This document shows, one piece after another, positions 44,141 through 54,032 of a stretch of 64,000 nt of DNA (its first letter is position 1; every line of letters begins with the position of its first letter). The stretch lies in the NCBI GenBank assembly GCA_031292675.1, contig JARLGQ010000073.1, positions 629 through 64,628 of the forward strand, in the 5' to 3' direction. The stretch comes from Acidimicrobiales bacterium. Its GTDB lineage: Bacteria; Actinomycetota; Acidimicrobiia; Acidimicrobiales; UBA8190. The translations under genes and the position numbers were made by a program. The notes under the pieces were generated by a model. The model was not told the DNA's origin. It was given only the letters and a program-made list of their open reading frames with translations, and did no database searches.

Positions 44141-45013
44141 ATGAAGATCGGTGTCGTCTTCCCCCAGACCGAGATCGGTGGCGACGTGGGTGCGGTCCGG
44201 GCCTACGCGCAGCAGGTGGAGCGCCTGGGGTTCACCCACGTCCTGGCCTACGACCACGTGCTCGGAGCCGACCCGGCCGTGCACCGGGGGTGGTCGGGCT
44301 TCTACGACCTGGAGTCCACCTTCCACGAGCCGTTCGTGCTGTTCGGGTACCTGGCGGCGTGCACGTCCCTCGAGTTCGCCACGGGAATCATCATCCTCCC
44401 CCAGCGCCAGACCGCCCTCGTGGCCAAGCAGGCCGCCGAGGTCGACCTCCTCTCCGGCGGGCGCCTGCGACTGGGAGTGGGCCTGGGCTGGAACGCGGTC
44501 GAGTACGAGGCCCTGGGAAAGTCGTTCTCCGATCGCGGCAAGAGGATCGAGGAGCAGGCGGAGCTGTTGCGGCGGTTGTGGACCGAGCGATCGGTCACGT
44601 TCCAGGGGGCCTACGAGACCGTGACCGGCGCGGGCCTGGCCCCTCTCCCGGTACAGCGGCCCATCCCGGTGTGGTTCGGCGCCCAGTCACCTCCCGCCTT
44701 GCGGCGAGCCGGCCGGCTCGGTGACGGATGGTTTCCCCAGGTTGCGCCGGGGCCGACACTCGACCAGGCGCGGGCCATCGTCGAACAGGCGGCGCGCGAC
44801 GCGGGCCGAGACCCCGCCGCACTCGGCATGGAGGGGCGCGTCAGCTGGGGCGCCAAGGGGGTCGACAAGCTGGCCGAGCAGGTGGGTCGTTGGCGGGCGG
44901 CGGGCGCCTCCCATCTGTCGGTCAACACGATGGGGGCCGGGTTGGCAGCGGTCGACGACCATCTGCGCGTCCTGGCCGACGTCGCCCGAGCCCTCGATCT
45001 GGTCACCCGGTGA
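44141..45013 (+). CDS. LLM-class F420-dependent oxidoreductase
   Basis: 290 aa. MKIGVVFPQTEIGGD..., GIIILPQRQTALVAKQAAEVDLLSGGRLRLGVGLGW and PIPVWFG are typical of the luciferase-like monooxygenase F420 subfamily. Confidence 0.88.
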   Translation: MKIGVVFPQTEIGGDVGAVRAYAQQVERLGFTHVLAYDHVLGADPAVHRGWSGFYDLESTFHEPFVLFGYLAACTSLEFATGIIILPQRQTALVAKQAAEVDLLSGGRLRLGVGLGWNAVEYEALGKSFSDRGKRIEEQAELLRRLWTERSVTFQGAYETVTGAGLAPLPVQRPIPVWFGAQSPPALRRAGRLGDGWFPQVAPGPTLDQARAIVEQAARDAGRDPAALGMEGRVSWGAKGVDKLAEQVGRWRAAGASHLSVNTMGAGLAAVDDHLRVLADVARALDLVTR

Positions 45014-45342
45014 CCGAGCGACGGCGTGAGAACCGCCAGGCCGTGGGGGGCCAGGGCCTGGCAGTTCCCGCGTCGCTCCGAGCAGCCCAACTGGTGCTGC
45101 ATAGGCATCGGATACTTTCGAGAATGGCGTGCTTTGGGGCTCGGCGCCATCCTCAACTCTGACGAGCACCACCGCCTGTCGCCATGTCACCAGGGGCTGA
45201 CACCTGAGAGCTGACACCGGAGAGTGAGCGTCTAGCCGACCCCAGCCACCGTTTTTCCTGGTGACGCGCCAGCCCGACGACGGTACGATCCATCCTGATC
45301 CAGGCCCCGATCTGGTGCAATGCCAACGTATGGGGGTGTCCG

Positions 45343-45642
45343 GTGGCGGTCGGAGTGCAACTCGATTTCAAGGGCGGAACCCTGGAGCAGTACGACCGGG
45401 CTGCCGAGCGCTTGGGTTTCCTCCCCGGGGGCCCGCCCGCGCGCGACGAGCTGTTCCACTGGGTCACGAAGACCGACGACGGCTTCCGGATCATCGACGT
45501 GTGGGAGACCCGCGAGGCGTTCGAGGAATTCCTGACCGCCAAGATCGGTGCCGTTGCGCCCAAGGTGGGCTGGGCCTTTCCGCCTGAGATCCAATTCTTC
45601 GAGGTGCACAATTACTTCGCCGGCGGCCGGCGGAGGAGCTGA
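45343..45642 (+). CDS. Small alpha+beta (ABM/Dabb-like) protein, hypothetical
   Basis: 99 aa with a GTG start after GGGGG. It contains VQLDFKGGTLEQYD...FHWVTKTDDGFRIIDVWETREAFEEFL. GC3 is high. Confidence 0.6.
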   Translation: MAVGVQLDFKGGTLEQYDRAAERLGFLPGGPPARDELFHWVTKTDDGFRIIDVWETREAFEEFLTAKIGAVAPKVGWAFPPEIQFFEVHNYFAGGRRRS

Positions 45643-45648
45643 CGAGGC

Positions 45649-46902
45649 TCAGGCGCTCGCTTCGGGCGACACCCGTTCCGCGATGGCGAACCTGAGAAGC
45701 TGGCGCCAGTTGCTCCCGTGCACCGCGCCCTTCATGACCTCGGCGAGCAGGTTCGCGGCCGCAGCCCGCGAGGGCAGCGCCCTTCCCTCGGGGTTCAATT
45801 GGTCGAGCAGCTGCTCGACCAACGATTCGATCTCCCGCCAGATCGGGGCGTCCCCCGTGGCCTGGGTGAGCACCCGGTATTGGACGTTGACGGTCTCGAC
45901 GGCGGCCAGGAGCGCTTCGAGCGCGGCCTCGGTCGCTTGCGGCACGGCCGCCGCCACCTGCCGGAGCTCCCACGCATGGGCCAGGGCCGCATCGATGCAC
46001 GCCACGATGAGGCTGCAATCCGTCGAGAACCACTGGCGTTCGTGGCGCCCTTCGAGGCCTGCCAACTCGGCGACCGCGGCCCAGGAGGGAATCTCCGACG
46101 TGCCTCGCGCCAACTCGAGCGCGCACGCCACGAGCCGGTCCCGTTCGGAGTCCCCGCTGCTCCTGTGGAGGATTCCCGGTTCAGTCATGGACATCGACAA
46201 GTCCCACGTCATGTCGGCAAGGCGCGCCATCGGATAGCGGTCGGCGTCCACCAGCGACCGGAGAAGGTAGCCGTCGAACAAGCTGTGCATGGCCACGATG
46301 ATGTCGCGCTCGGTGTACCCCGCCTTGGCCCTGCGCCCGGTGGCCCGCAGGATCCACCGCATGGCCGCCAAGTACAGCTCGGCGTGAGCGTCCCAGGTCG
46401 CCTGGCGATCGCGCAGCACCCGGGCGGCGGTGGCGTCGGTCTCCTCGGCGGTCATCTCCGCCGCCTCCGGGTTGGCGCTCCTCCCTGCGTCCGGGTGCCG
46501 ATGCATCAGCGCGGCCGTGAGCACGAGGTACCCGACCAGCGTGACCTCCTTGCGCGTCCGGTCGTCCTGTTCGTCGTACGCCGAGGTCAACATGGCCTTG
46601 ACCGCGGTCTCCACCCAGGTCGTCGAGCGGTCGTCGTCAACGGTGCGCAGAGGCGGGTCGACGAAGGCGCGGTACGCGTTTCCCCACCCTCGGCGGCTAT
46701 CTGGTGAGCTCGGCTCGAACACGTGGCGGCAGACGACGTCGAACGCCGTTTCGGCCTCCGTATGTTTCTTGAGGAAGTTCTGGAGCGCGGTGCGCGAGGG
46801 TCCTGAATCGTCACCGTCCGAGAGGCGGTCGACGAGCTCCTCGAGGTGCACGGCCCCACGGGCCCGAGGGGCTTCGCAGCGCCGAAAGAGCCGCACCTGC
46901 AC
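45649..46902 (-). CDS. Hypothetical all-alpha protein containing an internal TetR-like HTH (possible duplicated TetR fold)
   Basis: 417 aa. Residues ~252-305 (SERDRLVACALELARGTSEIPSWAAVAELAGLEGRHERQWFSTDCSLIVACIDAAL) match the TetR_N pattern. Residues ~17-60 look like a degenerate second copy. The composition is protein-like, and the antisense ORF is junk. Confidence 0.6.
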   Translation of the reverse strand: MQVRLFRRCEAPRARGAVHLEELVDRLSDGDDSGPSRTALQNFLKKHTEAETAFDVVCRHVFEPSSPDSRRGWGNAYRAFVDPPLRTVDDDRSTTWVETAVKAMLTSAYDEQDDRTRKEVTLVGYLVLTAALMHRHPDAGRSANPEAAEMTAEETDATAARVLRDRQATWDAHAELYLAAMRWILRATGRRAKAGYTERDIIVAMHSLFDGYLLRSLVDADRYPMARLADMTWDLSMSMTEPGILHRSSGDSERDRLVACALELARGTSEIPSWAAVAELAGLEGRHERQWFSTDCSLIVACIDAALAHAWELRQVAAAVPQATEAALEALLAAVETVNVQYRVLTQATGDAPIWREIESLVEQLLDQLNPEGRALPSRAAAANLLAEVMKGAVHGSNWRQLLRFAIAERVSPEASA

Positions 46903-47166
46903 AGAGGTTTGTCGCCTCGCGTGCCAGCCTTTCCTCGTCGATCGTTACCGGAGTTCTCACCGAATTGCCCCCTGAGCTGCGAGTTCCCGAAGGCCTGATC
47001 GGGCATTACTGCCCGTTTCAACCGCGATAAAAGACTTGCAGCGGCTTTTGGCCTCGTCAATCCTCCTGGTCTGCACCGTCAGGGGGGGAGCGCGGAGCTC
47101 CAGACACGACGAAGCGGTGAGCACCACCTGAGGTCGACCCGTCATCGAGGGACAGAGGAGCTCTTC

Positions 47167-47958
47167 GTGGAGCCTGATGGGTCGGGGGGATCCGAGGCGG
47201 GCAGCTCTTCGGAGACGGGCGCGTTCACGACCGAGTCGGAAGGGGGATCCCCGTCCGGACTGGCCGGAGAGCAACAGCAGCTGACCCGGACCCGTATCCG
47301 GAAGGCCGCCATGGAAGTCGTCGCACGGCGCGGTTTCGACGCCACCGTGCAGGAGATCGCGGACTTGTCCGGCGTGAGCCCCCGCACCATCTTCCGCCAT
47401 TACGTCAGTCACGACCGGCTGATCGCCGCCACCGTGAAAGACATGTTCGAGGCTTGCGGGCGCTATCCCATCGAAGGCCTGCCCGGCGTCGTCGACGACC
47501 TCGAGGGCTACCTCGAGGGTCTGCCCCGCACCGTCGACGACCTCGACAGCTGGCTCGAGAGCCTGACGGCGACCATCCATGCCCGAACCGCTCGCATCTT
47601 CGGGGAGGCGTTCTGGGACATCCACGCCCCGATCGACAAGGGGTCCGAGGCGCTCTCCGAAGTCGCCCGTCTCCGGCGCCAGTACCGACTCCGGGGCGTG
47701 GGTTTCCTGGCCGCCTTGGCGTGGAGGACGGCGGGGGGGACCGGCGAACCTCCTCGCGATCTGGTCCTGGCATTTGCCCTCAACCTGTCGGCATTCACCA
47801 CCCAAGCGCTCATGATCGACTTCGACCAGACCCCGGCTCAGGTCGGGGCGTTGACCTGCGACATCCTGAAGGCGTTCGTCAAACGCACGGTCCAAGCCCA
47901 ACGCGCAGGCGGAGGCGACGACGGCGCTGCCTCCCGCGCCGAGGGAGCCGGCGTCTGA
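47167..47958 (+). CDS. TetR-family transcriptional regulator
   Basis: 263 aa with a GTG start after AGAGGAG. The HTH reads TRIRKAAMEVVARRGFDATVQEIADLSGVSPRTIFRHYVSHDRLIAA. It is a paralogue of the truncated gene at 1..486. Confidence 0.88.
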   Translation: MEPDGSGGSEAGSSSETGAFTTESEGGSPSGLAGEQQQLTRTRIRKAAMEVVARRGFDATVQEIADLSGVSPRTIFRHYVSHDRLIAATVKDMFEACGRYPIEGLPGVVDDLEGYLEGLPRTVDDLDSWLESLTATIHARTARIFGEAFWDIHAPIDKGSEALSEVARLRRQYRLRGVGFLAALAWRTAGGTGEPPRDLVLAFALNLSAFTTQALMIDFDQTPAQVGALTCDILKAFVKRTVQAQRAGGGDDGAASRAEGAGV

Positions 47959-48019
47959 TCCGGCCCGACGTTCCCCCGAGCCCTGTTCCCCAGGGCCCCC
48001 GGCCGGCTCGGGGCGGGTC

Positions 48020-49009
48020 CTACGGCGCGGGGCGGAGTCGGCCGATGGAGCGCAAGTAGCCGACGGTGTCGGCGAAGGTCTCGGACAGGGGCCGGTAGGC
48101 AGCGCCGAGGTCCGCGAGGGTGGCGCTGTCGTCGGTGGGCACCCCGCTCGTCATGATGATGGCCGCCTCCTCGGAAAGAGGCGCCGAGTTCCTGCCCTCG
48201 GCCCGGAGCCGGTCGAACTGCCGGCCGAGGTCGATCAACTCGTCGGCCGTCACCTCCTGGTGGGCAACCTCGACGCCCGCCGCGTGCCCGAGGGCCTCTG
48301 TCCACTGTGCCCACGTGACGTATTGACCGCCGCAGAGGTAGTGGCGTGGACCCCGCCCGGGTTCGACCGCACGCGACAAGAACGTCGCCAGGTCGCGCAC
48401 GTCCACGACGCCGAGCCCGCCGGGCGGCACCAACATGAAGGACTCCAGTGCGGCCAGGACCGCTCCGAAGCTTCCGTCGAGGTGGGGCGACACCGGTCCG
48501 TAGACCCCACCGATCGTGAAGCTCGTGACGGGCGCGCCTTCGTGCTGCCACCTCCGCACCAGGAGCTCGGCATCGCGCTTGGAGGCGCCGTAGGCCGACA
48601 GCGGCTGTGCGAGCGGGCTGTCGGGGGTGAGGACCGACTCGTCGGTCGGGAGATGGACGGTGATGGTCGAGGTGTAGACCACCGGGTCGAGTCCGGCATC
48701 GAGTGCCGCCGATACGACGGTGCGGACCCCGTCGACATTGGCCGTCGTCTTGGGCCCGGTACCGCCTTCCACCCCCACCTCGCCGGCGGCATGGATGACG
48801 GCGTCACACCCTCGGACCGCCGTCGCCACGGACTTCGGGTCGGTCATGTCGCCCTGGACCGCGGAGACCGTCACCCCATGGGGTTCGAGCGCCGGTGCGA
48901 TGCGGTCCGGGTTCCGGACCAGGATCCGCACGTCGTGGCCGTCGCGCCGTAACGCCGCCACGGCATGCGATCCGATGAATCCCGTTGCCCCCGTGACGAG
49001 AACCAACAT
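48020..49009 (-). CDS. NAD(P)-dependent epimerase/dehydratase-family SDR
   Basis: 329 aa from ATG 49009 after GGAAGAGG. It has the motif VLVTGATGFIGSH and the catalytic YxxxK (YGASK). Confidence 0.88.
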   Translation of the reverse strand: MLVLVTGATGFIGSHAVAALRRDGHDVRILVRNPDRIAPALEPHGVTVSAVQGDMTDPKSVATAVRGCDAVIHAAGEVGVEGGTGPKTTANVDGVRTVVSAALDAGLDPVVYTSTITVHLPTDESVLTPDSPLAQPLSAYGASKRDAELLVRRWQHEGAPVTSFTIGGVYGPVSPHLDGSFGAVLAALESFMLVPPGGLGVVDVRDLATFLSRAVEPGRGPRHYLCGGQYVTWAQWTEALGHAAGVEVAHQEVTADELIDLGRQFDRLRAEGRNSAPLSEEAAIIMTSGVPTDDSATLADLGAAYRPLSETFADTVGYLRSIGRLRPAP

Positions 49010-49289
49010 GCCCAACCTCTTCCGACCGTACCGGCCCGGGATGACACTACGTGACCCTTCTTCCCTGTTGGCTACCTCCTTGGCGTGTTCCTTGGTTCCC
49101 GACGCCATGGTCCATCGATCGCCGCCCATCGACCGCCGTCGGTCCCCAGCAGGCCGGTCGGGCAACGCCGCTCGTCCGGGTGGGGACTCGGTGGGTCGCT
49201 CCGCCGTCCGGGTACGCTCTCGCGCAGTCCGTGGCCGCATCTGTCAACGCCGGTGGGCGCCGACTACCGACCAGAAGGAGTCCGATTCC

Positions 49290-49700
49290 GTGAGCGCTCC
49301 CGAGATGCCGACGCTCGACATCCCCGACGAGGTGCTCGCCGCCGTCCCCGAATACCAGGGGGAGGGCGTGGCGGTGGTCATCGTCGACTTCCAGGGAGTC
49401 GTGCTCGGGATGAACAGGCCGGCCGAGCAGCTCTTCAAGATGGAGAGCGCCGACATCGCCGGCGAGTTCGTGGAGATGCTCGTCCCTACCAAGAAGCGCT
49501 GGGGGCACCAGGCATATCGCCGCGGGTACCTGGTCGAGCCGAGGGACCGCGAGATGGACCCGGGGCTCTATCCCGAGGCCGAGACGGCCGAGGGAGAGAT
49601 CGTGCCGATCGTCGGGCGGCTGCAGCCCGTGACCGTGAACGGGATCCTGTTCGTCGCCGCCCATCTGGTTCGCGACGACGGGCCCCGTCCGACTGACTGA
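49290..49700 (+). CDS. Single PAS-domain protein
   Basis: 136 aa from GTG 49290, with GAAGGAG 9 nt upstream. It contains VVIVDFQGVVLGMNRPAEQLFKMESADIAGEFVEMLVP...GEIVPIVGRLQPVTVNGILFVAAHL. Confidence 0.7.
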   Translation: MSAPEMPTLDIPDEVLAAVPEYQGEGVAVVIVDFQGVVLGMNRPAEQLFKMESADIAGEFVEMLVPTKKRWGHQAYRRGYLVEPRDREMDPGLYPEAETAEGEIVPIVGRLQPVTVNGILFVAAHLVRDDGPRPTD

Positions 49701-49951
49701 CCGGGGCCCGGGGTCCCGAAAGGGGTCTCGGAACCGAGACCGCCGGCCCCGGGGCTCGGACCCGGCCCGGTCCGAAGTGGCCTCGCCCGAGCCCGGACCC
49801 CCGCCGGGACCTCGGACCCCCGGCTGGGCGCCGGCATGGCCTGGCCGCCCGGACGGGGAATCCCGGTACCCTCAGAGTTGTTGCAGGGTCAACGATCTTC
49901 GGCGCGCTCGCATGGGGCGGGACCGGAGCGGGAGAGAGACCAGGAAAGACC

Positions 49952-52306
49952 ATGACCGAGCTGAACCAGACGTTGCCGTTGCTGCCGCTGACCTCGGGGG
50001 TCGTGCTCCCGGGCATGGTGTTCACCATGGCCCTCGAGACCGACGAGGCCAAGGCGGCCGCCGAGGCCGCCGGGTCGGTGGGCGGCGAGCTCGTCCTCGT
50101 GCCCCACATCGACGGCCGCTACTCGTCGGTGGGGGTGATCTCGAAGATCCTCGAGACCGGCGAGCTGCCCGGAGGCCCCGTGGCGGTGGTGGTGAGTGGC
50201 CTGCGCCGGACCACGATCGGCACCGCGGTGCCCGGGACCGGTCAGGCTCTGTGGGTCCAGGTGGACCCCGTCGCCGAGGACCCCGAGACACCCCGAGCCC
50301 TGGAGCTGGCCCGCGAGTACCGGGCCGTGCTCGAGAACATCCTCCTCACCCGTGGGGCGCGCCGTATGGCGGAGCGTCTGCGCGACATCACCGACAGCTC
50401 CCAGATCGCGGACTTGTCGGGGTACTCGCCTGACCTGAGCCTCGCCCAGAAGGTCGAGGTGCTCGAGACCATTGACCTCGAGGCGCGTCTGCGTCTCGTC
50501 CTGGGCTGGGCGCGTGAGACCCTCGCCGATCTCACCCTGCGCGAGCAGATCAAGACCAACGTCGAAGAGGGCATGGAGAAGACCCAGCGCGAGTTCCTCC
50601 TGCGACGCCAGCTCGAGGCCATCCGCAAGGAGCTCAACGAGCTCGACGGGAGCGCCGACGAAGGATCGGTCGACGACTACCGCTCGAAGACCGAGGGGCG
50701 TGACCTCCCCGACGCGGTGAGAACCGCCGTGCTGCGCGAGGTCGACAAGCTCGAGCGCACCAGCGAGCAGAGCCCGGAACACGGATGGATCCGGACGTGG
50801 CTCGACACCGTCCTCGAACTGCCATGGGGCGTGCAGTCGGAGGACAACCTCGACGTCACCGCCGCCGCGGGCATCCTCGACGAGGACCACGACGGGCTCA
50901 ACGACGTCAAGGAACGCATCCTCGAACACCTTGCCGTGCGCAAGCTGCGGTCCGACCGCGGACTCGTGTCCACCGGACCGCGTGGTTCGGGCGCCATCCT
51001 GGCGCTGGTGGGGCCCCCGGGTGTGGGCAAGACCTCGCTCGGCGAGTCCGTGGCGCGTGCCCTGGGGCGCAAGTTCGTGCGCGTGGCCCTGGGCGGCGTG
51101 CGGGACGAGGCCGAGATCCGGGGACACCGGCGCACCTATGTCGGCGCCCAGCCGGGACGGTTGGCGCGCGCCCTGCGCGAGGCGGGGACCATGAACCCCG
51201 TGATCGTGCTGGACGAGGTCGACAAGCTCGGCGCCGACTACCGGGGCGACCCGTCGTCAGCCCTGCTCGAGGTGCTCGACCCCGCCCAGAACCACACGTT
51301 CCGGGACCACTACCTCGAGGTGGAGCTCGATCTGTCGAAGGTGCTGTTCCTGGCGACGGCGAACGTGGCCGAGACCATTCCCGGCCCGCTCCTCGACCGC
51401 ATGGAGGTCATCCGGATCGACGGCTACACAGAGGACGAGAAGGTCACCATCGGCCGGCACCACCTGCTGCGCCGGCAGCTCGAGAGAACCGGGCTCCGGT
51501 CCGACGAGGTGGAGGTCTCCGACGAGGCCCTGCGCGCCATCTCCGCTGACTACACACGCGAAGCCGGAGTGCGAAACCTCGAGCGCGAGGTCGGACGCCT
51601 GTTGCGCAAGGTCGCCACCAAGCTGGCATCGGGAGCCGTCGTCGCTCCGGTCGTGGTGGAAGCGGACGACGTGCGGAGCTGGCTCGGCCGGCCGCGCTTC
51701 TTCTTCGAAGCCGCCGACCGTACGAGCGTCCCTGGCGTGGCGACGGGCCTGGCCGTGACCGGCACCGGCGGCGACGTGCTGTTCGTCGAAGCCACCGTGA
51801 TGGACGGTACCGAAGGCCTCACGCTGACCGGACAGCTCGGTGACGTCATGAAGGAGTCGGCTGAGATCGCACTCTCCTTCGTGCGCTCGCACGCAGCCGA
51901 GCTCGGCATCGATCCGGGCGCGTTCGCGGGCAAGCGCTTCCATCTGCACGTTCCGGCCGGGGCGGTCCCCAAGGACGGGCCGTCGGCTGGCGTCACGATG
52001 ACGACGGCACTGGTGAGCCTGCTTCTCGACAGAGCCGTGCGTCCTGTCGTCGGCATGACCGGCGAGGTCACGTTGCAGGGCCGGGTGCTGCCCATCGGTG
52101 GTGTCAAGCAGAAGGTGCTGGCCGCGCACCGGGCCGGGCTCCGAGAGGTGGTCTTGCCGGCGCGCAACGGACCGGACCTCGAGGACGTGCCTGAGAGCGT
52201 GCGCCAGGAGATGACGTTCCATCTCGCCGAGACGGTCGACGACGTGCTCGGCGCTGCGCTCGACGGCGCGGCGAGCGACGCCAGTTCGAGCCCGGTGGCC
52301 GCGTAA
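49952..52306 (+). CDS. lon: ATP-dependent Lon protease
   Basis: 784 aa. It has a LON N-domain, AAA+ Walker A (GPPGVGKTS) and Walker B (VIVLDEVDK), and a protease domain with the catalytic Ser in DGPSAGVTMTTAL and the Lys in GGVKQKVLAA. Confidence 0.95.
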   Translation: MTELNQTLPLLPLTSGVVLPGMVFTMALETDEAKAAAEAAGSVGGELVLVPHIDGRYSSVGVISKILETGELPGGPVAVVVSGLRRTTIGTAVPGTGQALWVQVDPVAEDPETPRALELAREYRAVLENILLTRGARRMAERLRDITDSSQIADLSGYSPDLSLAQKVEVLETIDLEARLRLVLGWARETLADLTLREQIKTNVEEGMEKTQREFLLRRQLEAIRKELNELDGSADEGSVDDYRSKTEGRDLPDAVRTAVLREVDKLERTSEQSPEHGWIRTWLDTVLELPWGVQSEDNLDVTAAAGILDEDHDGLNDVKERILEHLAVRKLRSDRGLVSTGPRGSGAILALVGPPGVGKTSLGESVARALGRKFVRVALGGVRDEAEIRGHRRTYVGAQPGRLARALREAGTMNPVIVLDEVDKLGADYRGDPSSALLEVLDPAQNHTFRDHYLEVELDLSKVLFLATANVAETIPGPLLDRMEVIRIDGYTEDEKVTIGRHHLLRRQLERTGLRSDEVEVSDEALRAISADYTREAGVRNLEREVGRLLRKVATKLASGAVVAPVVVEADDVRSWLGRPRFFFEAADRTSVPGVATGLAVTGTGGDVLFVEATVMDGTEGLTLTGQLGDVMKESAEIALSFVRSHAAELGIDPGAFAGKRFHLHVPAGAVPKDGPSAGVTMTTALVSLLLDRAVRPVVGMTGEVTLQGRVLPIGGVKQKVLAAHRAGLREVVLPARNGPDLEDVPESVRQEMTFHLAETVDDVLGAALDGAASDASSSPVAA

Positions 52307-52404
52307 GGCGGTGCCGGCCCGGCCCGACGCTCATCGGTAGAGCTGTCACGCAACGTTCAGCGTGATTTCATCTCCAGGCACGCCGCGCCGCCCAATTGTT
52401 CACG

Positions 52405-52434
52405 CACCCCATCCACAGAGCTGTGGATGGGGTG
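52405..52434. terminator. Strong GC hairpin between convergent lon and cyclase genes (bidirectional terminator candidate)
   Basis: CACCCCATCCACAG-AG-CTGTGGATGGGGTG has perfect 14-nt arms. There is no U-tract, which is common for actinobacterial terminators. Confidence 0.55.
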
Positions 52435-52502
52435 CGGATATCTTGCCCCGGGGTCGCTCGGAGACCCTGCCGTCCGGGGACGGTTCGCGCCGCGACCCTG
52501 GG

Positions 52503-53312
52503 CTAATCGGCGGGAAGAAGTACCTCGTACACGGGCACCGGTTCGGCGAAACCCTTGAGATCGTGCGCGCCCTTGGAGTCGAAGCCAAAGAGCTTCCCGG
52601 CACACAGCTCACGCACGGCTGTCGAAACAGCGATGCCACCGGGAGACGCCACTCCGCAAAGTCGTGCCGACAATTGAACCGCGGCCCCGAACAGGTCGCC
52701 CCTCTCTGTGACCGGCTCGCCGACGCTGATGCCCACTCGGAGGTGGATCGGCAATTCAGCATCTTCGTTTCGGCGGCGCAACGATCGTTGAATTTCGATT
52801 CCGGACTCGACAGCAGCCGACACGGACGTGAACGACGCCATGATCCCGTCGCCGGTGTGCTTCACCTCGCGGCCCCCTTGCTTGTGCAGGGCGGCACGCA
52901 CGATCTCGTCGTGCTCTCGAATGAGCACCATGAACCCGTCGTCACCGAGCTGCTGAGTCTGCTGTGTCGAGTCACAAAGGTCAGTGAACAGAATGGCCCG
53001 AACAGCTGACTCGACATACGCCTCTCCGGCGGGATGTCGCGGAATGTCGCCAAGGAACGCATTGATGGGCCCTCGACCCACCTCGATGATGTTGTCGGCA
53101 ACCAGACCGTGCGCCTCGCGGTGCACGGCTTCCAAAGACTCTCGATCTGGCCCCTCGGCGAGACAGAACACACTGCCTTCTGTGTCGTCGAACCAATACG
53201 TGACGTAGCGCACCTGGTACTTGTCTTGTACGGCGAGGTCGAGCTCGTGTGCGGCGGCGATGTCGGCACCGGTGGCGCCCGGAGCCTTGTGTCGATCAAG
53301 GAAGAAGGGCAT
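52503..53312 (-). CDS. DUF4242-like N-terminal domain fused to a class III adenylate/guanylate cyclase domain
   Basis: The N-terminus (MPFFLDRH....ADIAAAHELDLAVQDKYQVRYVTYWFD...GSVFCLAEGP) resembles SCO4226-type DUF4242. The C-terminal cyclase homology domain reads AILFTDLCDSTQ..., KHTGDGIMASF and RVGISVGEPV. Confidence 0.85.
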   Translation of the reverse strand: MPFFLDRHKAPGATGADIAAAHELDLAVQDKYQVRYVTYWFDDTEGSVFCLAEGPDRESLEAVHREAHGLVADNIIEVGRGPINAFLGDIPRHPAGEAYVESAVRAILFTDLCDSTQQTQQLGDDGFMVLIREHDEIVRAALHKQGGREVKHTGDGIMASFTSVSAAVESGIEIQRSLRRRNEDAELPIHLRVGISVGEPVTERGDLFGAAVQLSARLCGVASPGGIAVSTAVRELCAGKLFGFDSKGAHDLKGFAEPVPVYEVLLPAD

Positions 53313-53537
53313 GCCCAGTTAGGCTAGTGACACGGGCGAGTTCGTGCCCCGGCAGGGAGGCGGGTTTCGCCGTCGGGCCTCAGGTCTGCTCCTTTCCGGC
53401 ATGGGCCAGTCCCGTGAAGGGTGTTGTGATCTGCTCCGGCAAGCACGTGTGGGCAACCGCACCATGCGTTCCGACGTCCGGTCACGCCGGTCCGTTGACA
53501 TCCGACGTTCCCACTCCGGGAACGCCCGAATCAGGCG

Positions 53538-53903
53538 GTGTGCAAAGCTCGCGCTGTGGGCAGGTTGAAGCGGATTGCACCGATCTTCGCGGTCCGTGAC
53601 CTCGACGCCGCCATGGCGCACTATCAACGAATGGGCTTCGAAGTCCGTGCCTACGAAGGCGGCGGGTACGGATTCGCCACCCGGGACGGCATCGAGATCC
53701 ATCTGGGCATGGTGCCCGAGGACGACCGCCGGACCGGCTCGGCCTACCTCTGGGTTGACGACGCCGACGACGTAGCGGCGGCATGGCGTTGTGCGGGAGT
53801 GGAGGTTCATCCGCCGGAAGACACCGAGTGGGGTCAGCACGAGGGTGCCGTCGTCGATCCCGACGGCAACGTGCTCCGCTTCGGCTCGCCCCTGCGCGGG
53901 TGA
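53538..53903 (+). CDS. VOC/glyoxalase-bleomycin-resistance-fold protein
   Basis: The motifs are RIAPIFAVRDLDAAMAHYQRMGF, IEIHLG and VVDPDGNVLRFG. The start is uncertain (GTG 53538, GTG 53556 or TTG 53565). Confidence 0.8.
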   Translation: MCKARAVGRLKRIAPIFAVRDLDAAMAHYQRMGFEVRAYEGGGYGFATRDGIEIHLGMVPEDDRRTGSAYLWVDDADDVAAAWRCAGVEVHPPEDTEWGQHEGAVVDPDGNVLRFGSPLRG

Positions 53904-54032
53904 CGGGGGATCAGGCCCAGACCACACGATCCCCGATGGAGCTCCTCGCACCACCTTCGCAGGGCTGCTTGCAATCGCGAGTACCCATCGGGTGCCTTGC
54001 AGAGCAAGCTAGTAAGCGGTACCTTGTGGTGC

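Noticed and set aside
45196-45223. The 14-bp direct repeat GCTGACACCTGAGA / GCTGACACCGGAGA, about 120 nt upstream of the small ABM-like gene.
   Set aside because: It has only two copies, no obvious promoter context and no partner regulator. It is noted but not strong enough for a finding.
49701-49951. Looked for heat-shock operators (HAIR CTTGAGT-N7-ACTCAAG, CIRCE) upstream of lon.
   Set aside because: There is no match. The region is mostly GC-rich hairpins, such as GGTCTCGG-AA-CCGAGACC, which probably terminate the PAS gene.
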